Of a stretch of 25,557 bases of DNA, positions 1-10,736 are shown piece by piece. Source of the stretch: Octopus sinensis (lineage: Eukaryota); the NCBI RefSeq assembly GCF_006345805.1, contig NW_021836049.1, forward strand, positions 1-25,557, written 5' to 3'. Below the pieces are notes generated by a model. It made no database searches and was not told where the DNA came from. It saw only the letters and a list, made by a program, of their open reading frames with translations. Position numbers and translations under genes: made by a program. The first letter of the stretch is position 1; the number at the start of each line of letters is the position of its first letter.

Positions 1-86
1 TGTATGTGTGTGTGTGTTGTAAACCCAGTTTTAAATTATTGTCGTTCAGTTTCTAAATGTATTTGGATGTGTTGGGTTCATGTATT

Positions 87-88
<2 letters not shown>

Positions 89-140
<52 letters not shown>

Positions 141-154
141 GAGGTAGCTATATT

Positions 155-228
<74 letters not shown>

Positions 229-259
229 GAGTGAAGCTATATTTATATATATTATATAT
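89..259. repeat. (TA)n microsatellite with an internal ~88-bp duplication
   Basis: Long TA runs; the non-TA motif TATAGAG(GT/TGA)AGCTATATTTAT occurs twice (~137 and ~225). Confidence 0.9.
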
Positions 260-467
260 TTTTTTTTTTTTTCATCTAGTTTCAGATCACAAGCTGTGGC
301 CATGCTGGGGCACCGCCATTTGGTGTTGCTACATGATTTTACTTCAACGAATGATTTTTAGCAATTGCCATTGGTGCATGAGAGAGTTCGATGCAGCTGC
401 CCTCATCTGCACCTCCTGCCGTGAAGTTGGTTCATCTGGGATACCTGACAAGAAAGAGATCCAGTTT

Positions 468-469
<2 letters not shown>
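260..469 (-). mobile_element. 5'-truncated CR1/L2-group LINE 3' end (~200 bp) with poly(A)
   Basis: Closely similar to 16411-16605 (TTCATCTAGTTTCAG...GGGCACCGCCATTTGGTGTTGCTACATGATTTTACTTCAACGAATG...); minus strand encodes KLDLFL, as in the LINE C-terminus; poly-T at 260-272. Confidence 0.85.
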
Positions 470-534
<65 letters not shown>

Positions 535-580
535 GATACGTATGCACACACAAAAACACACACACGCACACACATATACT

Positions 581-636
581 CTTTTACTCTTTTACTTGTT
601 TCAGCCATCCGGCTGAGGCCATGCTGGGGCACCGCA
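581..636 (-). mobile_element. ~55-bp isolated LINE/SINE 3' tail fragment
   Basis: Minus strand GCGGTGCCCCAGCATGGCCTCAGCCGGATGGCTGAAACAAGTAAAAGAGTAAAAGAG matches the shared LINE/SINE-C tail. Confidence 0.75.
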
Positions 637-672
637 TATATACATATTTGTGTGTATATATTTTATTTTACA

Positions 673-910
673 CTTTTACTTGTTTCAGTCATTTGACTGC
701 GGTCATGCTGGAGCACCACCTTTTAGTCGATCAAATCGACTCCAGGACTTATTCTTTTGTAAGCCTATTACTTATTCTATCGACCATTTTTGATGTCCCG
801 CTAAGTTATTGAGCTGTAAACACACTAGCGATGTTGGTGGGGACTAACACAGACACACAAACATATGCACACACACATACACACACACACACACACATAC
901 ACACACACAA

Positions 911-943
<33 letters not shown>

Positions 944-1120
944 CATATATATATATATGACGGGTTTCTTTCAGTTTCCGTCTACCAAATCCACTCACAA
1001 AGCTTCGGTCGGCCCGAGGCTATAGTAGAAGACACTTGCCCAAGCTGCCATGCAGTAGAACTGAACCCAGCACCATGTTGCTGGTATGCAAGCTACCTAC
1101 CACACACCCACTCCTGCACC

Positions 1121-1121
<1 letters not shown>
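673..1121 (-). mobile_element. SINE family C (tRNA-like head, CORE-like block, internal (CA/TA)n, LINE-like tail)
   Basis: Reverse complement matches 10737-11143 and 18732-19143 end to end. Confidence 0.92.
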
Positions 1122-1155
<34 letters not shown>

Positions 1156-1810
1156 ACTGCATTTATACATACACTTACTCATACACACACACACACACAT
1201 GCGCACATTCTGACACACCACACGCACATATACATGTCATGTACGCGTGTGCGTGTGAAAGCATTCCTTTACGCCAGGTGTGGAGTTCGTAGCGGCTAAC
1301 CAAAAGCAGCCAACGTCATTCTATACAGCCACAAATTATATACCGCTCGAAACAAATAAGTGCCTTGTCTGTGTGGACATACATATCATATAAGTTTGTA
1401 TAGACGTAATTCAACCTTTTCCACACACACACACAAATGCACTCTCTCTCACTCTCTTTCTCTCTCTCGCTCTCCCTCTCACGGTCTCCTTTTGAGCATA
1501 AAGCTGAGTGTATATTTTCCTTATAGCAAACTGATGCTTCTCTGACTTAAACGTAAGTTTCACATTTTCGGTGGTTCATACGATAGATGAAAACTGACAG
1601 CTTGACAATATATAAGAAGCAAGGCTATTCTAGAATGCAGCGAGTTCTGATTGATTCAAAGCAAATTTGATTCCTTACTGAACAATCTTCTGAATAACGG
1701 AATACGTTCGCGTCTCTTTATTAGTGTGTGCAGGAATCTGTTTTTTCCCCTATCATTGTCACATATGATAGCACTTTACATCTTCTTCATCACGTCAGTA
1801 ATATGCGCAA

Positions 1811-2140
1811 GTGGAGGCACAATGTTCCAGTGGTTAAGGGTATTGGACTCGCGGTCTTAGGATCGCGGTTTCGATTCCCAGATCGGGCGTTGTGAGTGGG
1901 GTTTTTTTTTTTTTTTTTACTTGTTTCGGTTATTTGACAGTGGTCATGCTGGAGCACCGCCTTTAGTCGAGCAAATCGACCGCAGGACTTGTTCTTTGTA
2001 AGCCTAGTACTTATTCTATCGGTCTCTTTTTGCCGAAGCGCTAAGTTACGGGGACGTAAACACACAAGCATAGGCTGTCAAGCGATGTTGGGGGGGGGGG
2101 ACAAACACAGACACACAAACATATACGGACACACACACAC

Positions 2141-2190
<50 letters not shown>

Positions 2191-2641
2191 CATACATATA
2201 TACGACGGTCTTCTTTCAGTTTCCCTCTACCAAATCCACTCACAAGATTTTGGTAGCCCGAGGTTATAGTAGAAGACACCTGCGCAAGGTGCCACGCAGT
2301 AGGACTGAACCCGGAACCATGTAGTTCGTAAGCAAGCTACTTACCCCACAGCCACTCCTACACCTAAAAGATCCACGAGGCTCCGGCAGGGGGTGGTGGT
2401 GATCCCTGCTGTACTCTTTCACCACAACTTTCTCTCACTCTTTCTTCCTGTTTCTGTTGTACCTGTATTTCAAAGGGCCAGCCTTGTCACACTCTGAGTC
2501 ATGCTGAATCTCCCCGAGAACTACGTTAAGGGTACACGTGTCTGTGGAGTGCTCAGCCACTTGCACCTTAATTTTACGAGCTCGTTGGTATGTTGATCGA
2601 ATCAACTGGAACCCTCGTCGTCGTAACCGAAGTGCTTCGAG
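1811..2641 (+). mobile_element. SINE family A, tail type 1, split by a nested SINE C
   Basis: Head at 1811-1898 and body/tail at 2361-2641 match the intact copy at 20161-20550; TSD AATATG(C/T)GCAA at 1800-1810 and 2642-2652. Confidence 0.88.
1902..2365 (-). mobile_element. SINE family C nested inside SINE A
   Basis: Full-length reverse-complement match to SINE C; poly-T at 1902-1918; internal (CA)n. Confidence 0.92.
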
Positions 2642-2755
2642 AATATGTGCAAAGAAATAAAGAAAGGAAAACACGGAATCAAGAGGAGGCAACTCTTGTT
2701 ACTTTTGATGAATTTTAGAGTAGTTTTGATGAATACAACATTGTTTCATGAAGAT

Positions 2756-2874
2756 GTCGACATCTACTTTGCCTTTCATCCTTAATGGTTCGATGAATTA
2801 GTGTAGCAGTCAAGCAGTGGGGCCCGAAGTAATCACTCACCCCCATCTAAAATTGCTGGCATTGTGCAAATTTG
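2756..2874 (+). mobile_element. Old SINE-like repeat family E, 3' part
   Basis: CTTTGCCTTTCATCCTT...AAAATTGCTGGCATTGTGC, homologous to 2886-3080 and 6547-6758. Confidence 0.6.
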
Positions 2875-2885
2875 TTAACAATTTT

Positions 2886-3080
2886 GCAGGCACTGCGTTG
2901 GCAGAATCTCTAGCACGCTGTTCGAAATGCTTTGCGCATTTCTTTTGGGTCTTTACGTTCTGAGTTCAGACTCCGTCGCGGTCGAATTTGCGCTTCGTCT
3001 TTCGGTCTCGATAAAATAAGTACCATTTGAGTTCCGGGATTGATATGTTCGACTTGCACATTTCCCCCAAAATGTCAGGG
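2886..3080 (+). mobile_element. Old SINE-like repeat family E
   Basis: GGCAGAATC..TAGCACG...TTTACGTTCTGAGTTCA...GATAAAATAAGTACC...CCCCCAAAAT; same block order as 6547-6758 (reverse complement) and 20660-20832. Confidence 0.7.
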
Positions 3081-3098
3081 GATGACTCAAAAATAGAA

Positions 3099-3478
3099 AG
3101 AATTATAGTAATTATAGTATTATATTAATAGTTATCGCCAAGCTAATATGGCAGTCCAGAAATATGGGACGAACGCTGCCGTTGATTAGCTCCAAGAAGC
3201 CATCGCCTTTAGCGAGCTATGTGACACACGAACCGGTGTTCATTATAGTCTTCGAATAGGGGAAGCGGATGACCTCCTTTGTTCGAAGGTTATAATAGAC
3301 ACAGGTTCATGTGTCACATAGCTAGCTAGAGGCGATGGCCTCTTGGAGCTAATCAACGGCAGCATTCGTCCTGTATTTCTGGACTGCCATATTAGCTTGG
3401 CGATAACTATTAATATCCAGTACCGCTGCCGTAGTCTCCTTTAGAGAGACTTAGAAATAAAAATATTTCTATAATTCT
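3099..3478. mobile_element. Palindromic fold-back (MITE-like) element
   Basis: 3122-3256 is the reverse complement of 3282-3416 with only scattered mismatches; outer AGAATTATAG (3099-3108) and CTATAATTCT (3469-3478). Confidence 0.85.
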
Positions 3479-4328
3479 AGTACTCCATTGCCGTAATATG
3501 TCTCTATTTTATTTCATGGAATATTAATGATTCAAGAAATTTTAGTTGCGAGTTTATGTACCGTATATAAAATATGGCCGATTGAAATTTCCGTAAGGTG
3601 GCAATATTACGTTAAAAATTCCAAATTGTTAGAAGTTGGCGCTTGTCAGTAGCTCGATTACTGATTCTCACATGTGTGTCATAATTCATGTGTGACATAT
3701 TCCAGCTTATGAAAGTTACCTAGGTTAATTATAGAGATCCCGACGACTTTAAATTATGGACAGCTGACGCTATGTGTATGTATTTATCTATAGACGATTC
3801 TACATAGATGATATCTGGAGGTCCTTTTTGTCGATAGAAATATCCGCCTATTCAGAGGATTCAGTCAGTTCCTCTGAGAGAGTTGGGAAGTCTAAGCATG
3901 TTTTTTGAGATTTTTGCACCCACCTCCCCTATCGGCTAGATTCACTCACAACCATCGTGCATTCATGATGCCTTCCATTCTCTCATAAGCATGAGACAAC
4001 TGGGCGTTGTTATGTAAACCTCAAGCCGTCTAAAAAATTCACACGCCATTCTCCTTTTGTTGCATATCGCGTAGACGTCTACTATTTGGAAGGCATGATA
4101 TTCGCTGCTGACTACATCCAGCGCAGCCCCGTTTAGACTCTTCTTCCGCATCTTCACACAACATTTCATAGAGGTCTCACGTGGCGAGTCATGTCTTAGA
4201 ACGTATCAGTTTTGTTGTTGATATAGGGCTTTCAGTTGCTACTAATTCCATTGTTGCTGATGTGTTAGTTTCTGTTGTTCTGCTGTCGAGATTCCTAGTG
4301 TTACTTTTGCCGTATTGTTGTTGCTGGT

Positions 4329-4707
4329 TGCTGTTGCTGTTGAGCAAACGGTCTTCGTCCCAGAGCTCAGAAGATGGGAGAAGTCCGAAACGTGGTTCTT
4401 TGCTATTCGTACGACCCGCAGAAGAGAAAGCAGGTCAACCCCCGACACCGAGAGCATCGACAGATGGATGAATGCGCATCCAGGCTCAGTGGTTGCGTAG
4501 GAAGTTGGGGACAAGAAACAGGAAGAAAGAGTGAGAGAAAGTTGGATCGAAAGACTGCAACAGGGGTCGCTACCACCCCCTGCCGGAGCCTCGTGGTGCT
4601 TTAGGTGTTTTCGCTCAATAAACACACACAATGCCCGGTCAGGGAATCGAAACCGCGATCCTCCGACCGCGAGTCCGCTGCCCTAAGCATTGGGCCATTG
4701 CGCCTCC
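4329..4707 (-). mobile_element. SINE family A, tail type 2 (ends in CAACAG repeats)
   Basis: Head and body match family A; distinct tail; 13-bp TSD TGTTGTTGCTGGT at 4316-4328 and 4708-4720. Confidence 0.9.
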
Positions 4708-6016
4708 TGTTGTTGCTGGTAATGTGCTACTGTTACTGTTGTGAAACGGTTATCCTTGCAGCTGCATCTGTTGTTAGTTTGGTTATTACAGTTATGGAAA
4801 TGGCACCATCAGTAATGTAGCCCTTCCTGCTTCACACTATTGCTGTGGATAGATTGCTTGTGTGTTTCTGCCTTCAACCACTGTGGATAAATTGCAATAC
4901 ATCTGAAAAATTAATCAGGTCCTTGATCACCTCCATACACTCATATTCTGTTTGGATCAATAGGTTCGTCTTTGTAACCTACCAATTGTCCTTCAACAGC
5001 TTCTTGAATTGCAATAGGTTCACTTTATTCTACATCATGCCAAACAATATCTACTAAGGAACAAATGTCTACTTCTAGAGGCCACCATTCTTTGTTCTGT
5101 TGAAGTAGATTGGAATGAGTTCGTCACTCTTTAAGATTGTAGTGGAGTACTTCTAGCCGCTTACTCGGTGAGAAATCTCACCATTACCGTGCTGAAATTG
5201 CTTCCTCAGGTGACATGAATTTTGGTTTCTAAAGACAGTTTCCATTTTGGTTTCAAGTCACGTTGAGTCACTACGCTGATTCTTCCCGATCACAAAGCAT
5301 TTCTAGTTATTTTCGTGCACGCCACCGAAAATTTTCCTCTACAATTGTATGGAAATTTAGCGAATAATATTTCCCGTACCCATGTACTGTGTCATAAAAT
5401 TATTAGTGGTTCTGTTGCGCAAAATCTCTGCATGCTTTTGAGCCACGACTTCAGTCTTAATAGTCACGCACTCGATGCCACAGGCTCTCCTCCACTCACT
5501 ATATATGATGCCAGACATGCCATCTTCCAGCGCATCATTTCATAGAGCCTTTCATTTCCATAGTAAAGCTATTCCATTATTTACACTTCTACAGATATTC
5601 TTCAGGCAAAGAGATAGTTCTTAAAAACTGAAAATCTACCCGAGCGAAATTTCTTTTACGCATGCATCTCTCGCTTGGCAGCGCTTCTGCTTGCACGTGA
5701 ATGGCGCTCGCATTGTGGATGTTGTTGTTGTTCTTCTTGTGGTGGTGGTGGTCGTCGTCGTTGTTTTTCATGATACGATGATGAGGCTTAGCGAATTTTC
5801 AAAATCATCTTTAAAAAAATATATGTATCTGAAAGCACAAAGTTTTCCTTCTCCAAAGGAAATGTAAACTGTTGTAAAACAGTTTTTTATTGCACTTCCC
5901 TATTACCTGTTTCTTTGAATGGTTAGGCGTTATTTAGCCGACTTGAAGGCAATACTCTAACGAAAATAGTCGAGCCTAAAGTGGACCAAATTAATACAGT
6001 TCTATATTTATGAGAT

Positions 6017-6332
6017 GTGGTGGCGCAATGGCCCTATGGTTAGGGCAGCGGACTCGCGGTCGGAGGATCGCGGTTTTGATTCCCAGACCGGGCGTTGTGT
6101 GTGTTTATTGAGCGAAAACACCTAAAGCTCCACGAGGCTCCGGCAGGGTGTGGTGGTGACCCCCTGTTGTACTCTTTCGCCACAACCTTCTCTTACTCTC
6201 TCTCTTCCTGTTTCTTGAGTAACGCTGAGATGGACTGGCGTCCCGTCCAGATGGTGGGAACACATACGCCACAGAAACCGGGAAACCGGGCCTATGAGCC
6301 TGGCTAGGCTTGAAAAGGGCGGCATAATAATA
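6017..6332 (+). mobile_element. SINE family A, tail type 3 (GATGGACTGGCGTCCCGTCCAG...; (ATA)n end)
   Basis: A-box TGGCCCTATGG, B-box-like GTTTTGATTCC; TSD ATATTTA(T/A)GAGAT at 6004-6016 and 6333-6345. Confidence 0.9.
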
Positions 6333-6546
6333 ATATTTAAGAGATAAGGAATTATGTACATTATTTACTGTAAATAATGAACCAAATTGTTTGAATAAAA
6401 TTGATATAAAGTTTGTTATTTATGAGAAACAATTAAATAATCAAATTCGCTTCGTAAAATGCGGTTTCGTGCAAAACCATATAAAGTTACTAATCCTCTT
6501 CCGTATAATATAGAGTTACACGAAAGAAAGGGTTTACTGGTTAATC

Positions 6547-6758
6547 CTTTCTACTATAAACAAAAGGACTGAAGTATTTTAGGAACGGATGGTCATCAAT
6601 ATTTGTCCCAGTGCGGAACTTCGACTTATTTCATCGGCCCCGCAAGGATGAAAAGCAAGATCCACCTCGGTGGAATTTGAATTCAGAACGTAAACACGGA
6701 CAAAATGCTGCAAATTATTTGCTTCGAGGAAATAGCTGTTCTGTCAGCTTATCGGCTT
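6547..6758 (-). mobile_element. Old SINE-like repeat family E
   Basis: Reverse complement contains TTTACGTTCTGAATTCAAATTCCACCGAGG...TTTTCATCCTTGCGGGGCCGATGAAATAAG. Confidence 0.7.
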
Positions 6759-6778
6759 TCGTTTAATACTTTGAGATA

Positions 6779-6944
6779 CGGCCAGCAATTCTGTGTGGCG
6801 GGGTTTACTCGGATATACCGAACCGTTTACTTGACTGATCCTTTATTTCAGCGAAGGGATCAATAGCAATGTTGACATTGCGTGATTAGAAATCAGAGCT
6901 TCAAGAGCTTGAAGAAATGATGCTAAACGTTTCTTCCGACGCTA
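6779..6944 (-). mobile_element. Highly diverged family E copy
   Basis: Reverse complement TAGCGTCGGAAGAAACGTTTAGCATCATTTCTTC...AGAATTGCTGGCC keeps family E block order. Confidence 0.45.
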
Positions 6945-7002
6945 TATTACAATACCAGCACAATACCACAAATTACCCACACATCTTACATTCAACACAA
7001 TT

Positions 7003-7342
7003 CTGAGACCTCCTTCGATCATGACACAGACCATGGGGTTGCACCTAGAAAGTTACCCTCCAAGGCACTAGTCCGGGCAAGGTTGTTTGTGGAAGACCAG
7101 CAGTCGCCCATGCATACCAGCCTCCCCTCTCTTCGCCACCAGTGTTATCCAAGGGAAAGGCAAAGGGGCCGATACAGCTTGGCACCAGTGACTTTGTAAC
7201 TCATTTCTACAGCCGAGTGAACTGGAGCAACGTGAAATAAAGTGTCTTCCTCAAGAACACAACACGCAGCCCGGTCCGGGATTCGAGCTCACAACCTCAC
7301 GATCGTAAGCTCAACGCTCTAACCACTGAGCCATGCGCCTTC
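7003..7342 (-). mobile_element. SINE family B (tRNA head, CORE-like block, own tail)
   Basis: A-box TGGCTCAGTGG, B-box GCTCGAATCC; TTCAACACAATT flanks both ends (~6991-7002 and ~7340-7351), consistent with a TSD. Confidence 0.9.
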
Positions 7343-7638
7343 AACACAATTACCACCCAGTAACTTAACTCCCACCAATAAAGGTTGACATCAAATCCTC
7401 ACAACCTCACAACCTCACGATCGTAAGCTCGACGCTCTAACCACTGAGCCATGCGCCTTCAACACAATTACCACCCAGTAATTTAACTCCCACCAATAAA
7501 GGTTGACATCAAAACCTCACAACCTCACAACCTCACGATCGTAAGCTCGACGCTCTAAACACTGAGCCATGCGCCTTCAACACAATTACCACCACCCAGT
7601 AATTTAACTCCCACCAATAAAGGTTGACATCAAATCCT
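7343..7638. repeat. ~119-bp tandem repeat (2.5 copies): local flank plus 5' half of SINE B head
   Basis: Unit AACACAATTACCACCCAGTAA(C/T)TTAACTCCCACCAATAAAGGTTGACATCAAA(T/A)CC-TCACAACCTCACAACCTCACGATCGTAAGCTCGACGCTCTAA(C/A)CACTGAGCCATGCGCCTTC. Confidence 0.92.
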
Positions 7639-8186
7639 TCAGGCATTTTGCGCATCAGATTTCAATAGACCGCAAAGCAAAAGCTAAACGAAACTTGCTT
7701 TACCTCCTGATAGGTTGTTTTTTTCTGTAGGAAACCCATTTGCATGCTTTCTTGGTCTGTGTCAAAATAAAAACTAACATCCATTTGGAAAATAACTAAA
7801 AATGTTATCAAACTTCCTCTACGACATTTCGCAAAATTTAAGGGAAATCGCTAGGATATCACGTAGCTCCAGTTTCTAAATCCGTCAAATATCGACCAAG
7901 TAAAATACAACGCCTCTATTATAGGGAGGGGCCCATACCAAGGAACAAGATGTCGTCTTTCCCTGTATCGAAATCTAGGCCTCTGCAATGTATTAGGCCT
8001 TCATCTCCGATATAAACTTATATTTTAGAATTTTGATGATTAACTTTTTTTTGCCATGCTAACAGTAGTACGGTGTTGTAAAACGTATCACAGCTGTGCC
8101 AATGTCGTTTGGAATTTATCTCATTCTCTTTCTGCATCTTCCTGGCTCCAAACTACAGCTTGCATGGTGAATGTTGGGATTCATAA

Positions 8187-8318
8187 TGTTATGTGGCAAT
8201 ACTACACAGTGACTGTGTGAGTTACGAAATCCTCGTCACCACTGTTATATCGCAATACTACACAGCGGCTGTGTGTTTAACGAAATCCTCTTCGCCACTG
8301 TTATGTCGCGACATAACA
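8187..8318. repeat. 56-bp tandem repeat (2 copies) ending in a perfect 20-bp palindrome
   Basis: Units start at 8187 and 8243; TGTTATGTCGCGACATAACA at 8299-8318. Confidence 0.8.
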
Positions 8319-8369
8319 CATAATGAATTCGCTTTGCACTAAAGCACTACCTACCTCAGGAAGGAAAAC

Positions 8370-10600
8370 AATAAATTTGCTCCCTCGTACTCACACTGAA
8401 AATATACATACAGTAGGAGTTCAGTTTCATAGAGTCTATAATAAATAGATGTAGAAGATAGCATCATGCAATTTGAGGTTAAAACGAGTGACGTTTCAAC
8501 AATGAAAAAAGGAAATATATTAGAAAATAATCGGATATAAGACCACTTTACGACAATCATAAAACAAACAGAAACAAAAGGTTTGAAATATTTAGGTATA
8601 ACCGTGTGATAAAAAAGAAACTAGATTGCTTGTTCTGTTTTGATTTTTTTCTCTTAGAAAACCAAACTTCACAAGGTTAAAATTATATTTTTAATCTAAG
8701 TAAATGGTTCAAATATGAGTCTATCTATTAACTTATAGACCATATTTTCTTTGAAGTGTAGAGGGACATTCTTGAAACAATACAGAAGATAATGTTTGTT
8801 TAGATAGAAACGAACGAAAATCAATGAATATATATGGAACATTAGCGCACCCTAATGATGTTTATAGGATCTATATAGCCCATGAACAAGGAAAGAGAAA
8901 ATTGATTTGCTGTAAAATAGCATACATTGAGAGGAAGTAATAGAGTATATTACGTAAGAAATTGTATACTACTGGTGATGAACGAGATTAGGAAATCTGG
9001 AAAAATATAAGACTGGAGACTGGTACAGTACTACAGAACGTAACGACAGTGAATCATGGAAACGTGAAGAAGCCTTGGCTTGAAACATACATTTGATCAC
9101 GCTGGCAGGTGGATGGGCGGGTGGAGGGATGGATGGCTGGATGGAGGGAGGGAGGGAGGGACAGAGGGACGGATGGTTAGATGGAAGTTTGGACTAATGG
9201 ATAGATGGTTAGATGGAGAGATGGAGGGACGGACGGACGGGCGGATAGATGGAGGAAGGAATGGATAGATGGATGGATTGATGGAGTGACGGATGGTTAG
9301 ATGAAAGGATGGAGGGAGAAAGAGTGAGACGGATATATGAATGGATGGATCGATGGATGGTGGGATGGATGGATGCTGAGGTGGATGGAGTGACGGATGG
9401 TTAGATAGAGGGATGGGCTAACGGATGGAGGAACGGAGGGACGGACGGACGGATAGATGGAGGGATGGATAGATGGATAGATAGATTGATGGGGTGGCGG
9501 GTGGTTACATAGAGAGAAGGACTAATGGATGGAGGGGAAAAGGGAGAGAGGAAGGGAGGTGTTGACAGACGGACGGACGGGTAGATGGAAGGCGGGATCG
9601 ATGGATGGATGGAAGGATAGCTGGATAGTTGGATGGATGGATGGATGGATGGATGGATGGATGGATGGATTGACGGATGGTTAGATAGAGGGATGGGTTA
9701 ATGGATGGAGGGGCGGACGGACGGACGGAAGGGTAAATGCAGGGAGGGAGGGGTAGATGGATGAATGGATGGATAGATGGATGGAGGGATGGAGGAAGGA
9801 CGAATGGATGGAGGAAAGGTACATATTGGTGGGTGAATGGAGGGATGGATTGATAGATGGGCGGATGGATGGATGGATGAACGAACGGAAGGATACCAGC
9901 TATTGACGAAAATGAGATATCAGACCGAAAATGTGGTATTCACAGATGTAAAATTGATGAGAAGGGGAAGAAAAAAACCCATCAAATTTCATAATCACCG
10001 AATTCCCACGGAGTATCATACTATGTGACAACAAAAGCGAAGGTTTAACATATTGGATAAGTGAAAGCAGTAAATTAACTAGAAAGAAATATAAGGAGTC
10101 ACTTGGTATGGTTTCGCGTATGGTTCATTGGGAATTATGCGAAATGCATAATATTGAAAGAATTAAGTAAGGACGCCAACCTTTCCGTTTAATAAAGTGT
10201 AAAAACATCACAATCTTCAGGGATGTTAACAGTCAATGTGATTAGTTTACGGAAGGGGAGACCTGGTATATAAATATGAGAAAAATCGAGAGAATATTAA
10301 AGAACTGACATTGCATATAGAGAATTGGGACCAGAAAAAAAAGTGGAGAACATGAAAATTTTGTACATATTTGGTCACTAATGTTATTATTGATATAATT
10401 TCTTTGTAGGGTTTTCAATAGAATAAATAACATGTCAAGTGCAGTAGAAAGATAATTGTAATACATCTGGGGATAGGATCGACAATAGGGATGGTTTATA
10501 AGAGACTGGGTAAAAGATTATCTAACATAAGACATATAGAAATATTCGCAATACAGATATGAACTCGTGATATGGTAAACTGTAATGAAGACAAATAGTC
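8370..10600 (+). mobile_element. Ancient RLE-type (R4/Dong-like) non-LTR retrotransposon relic: RT C-terminus, CCHC knuckle and PD-(D/E)xK endonuclease, split by (GGAT)n
   Basis: Degenerate translations: MQFEVKTS..MKKG..KGLKYLGI (8468-8604); LDRNERKSMNIYGTLAHPNDVYRIYIAHEQGKRKLICC (~8800-8915); LCDNKSEGLTYWISESSKLTRKKYK...MVHWELCE (~10021-10143); TIFRDVNSQCD..RPG (~10210-10266). These match the known motifs YKYLGI, LDRKTRK..HPKSDVDRLY, C..C..ET..HI.SEC.KL..KEY..VHW.LC and ILWD.NIQCD..RRPDI. Many stops and frameshifts; ends approximate. Confidence 0.8.
9108..9893. repeat. Degenerate (GGAT)n purine-rich satellite, ~790 bp, with higher-order periodicity
   Basis: GGAT/GGAC/GGAG units; GACGGATGGTTAGAT recurs at ~9168, 9288, 9392 and 9673. 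Confidence 0.9.
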
Positions 10601-10736
10601 AAGTGAAGTAGGGAGATATAAGTGATAGCTATGATGACAGCATCCCTATATGTAATAAACAGGATGATGCATTAATTAAAATTGTAAGCTAGATGTAAGA
10701 TCAATGATGATAGAGGATATAGTTATAATCTAAAAG

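Noticed and set aside
57-812. 251-aa ORF and the many YI/HT/CV-rich ORFs at 12-14.5 kb and 23.5-25 kb
   Set aside because: Translations of (TA)n, (CA)n and (GATA)n arrays, which lack stops in some frames; no protein-like content.
3963-4169. 68-aa ORF in moderately GC-rich unique sequence
   Set aside because: No recognisable domain or splice context.
4720-5560. Possible decayed coding sequence on the minus strand (…LEMLCDREE…NQNG…RTHSNLLQQNKEWWPLEVD…), faintly integrase-like
   Set aside because: Many stops and no convincing catalytic motif; would need TBLASTN/HMMER to support.
5720-5785. Mixed GTT/CTT/GTG/GTC trinucleotide run giving NNDDDHHHHKKNNNN on the minus strand
   Set aside because: Degenerate trinucleotide microsatellite with no exon evidence.
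7275-7638. CRISPR-like repeat/spacer look
   Set aside because: The 'spacers' are identical, the repeat is a SINE head, the context is eukaryotic and there are no cas genes.
8205-8211. CACAGTG (V(D)J heptamer / Transib-like end)
   Set aside because: No nonamer at 12 or 23 bp spacing and no matching transposon end; a 7-mer is expected by chance.
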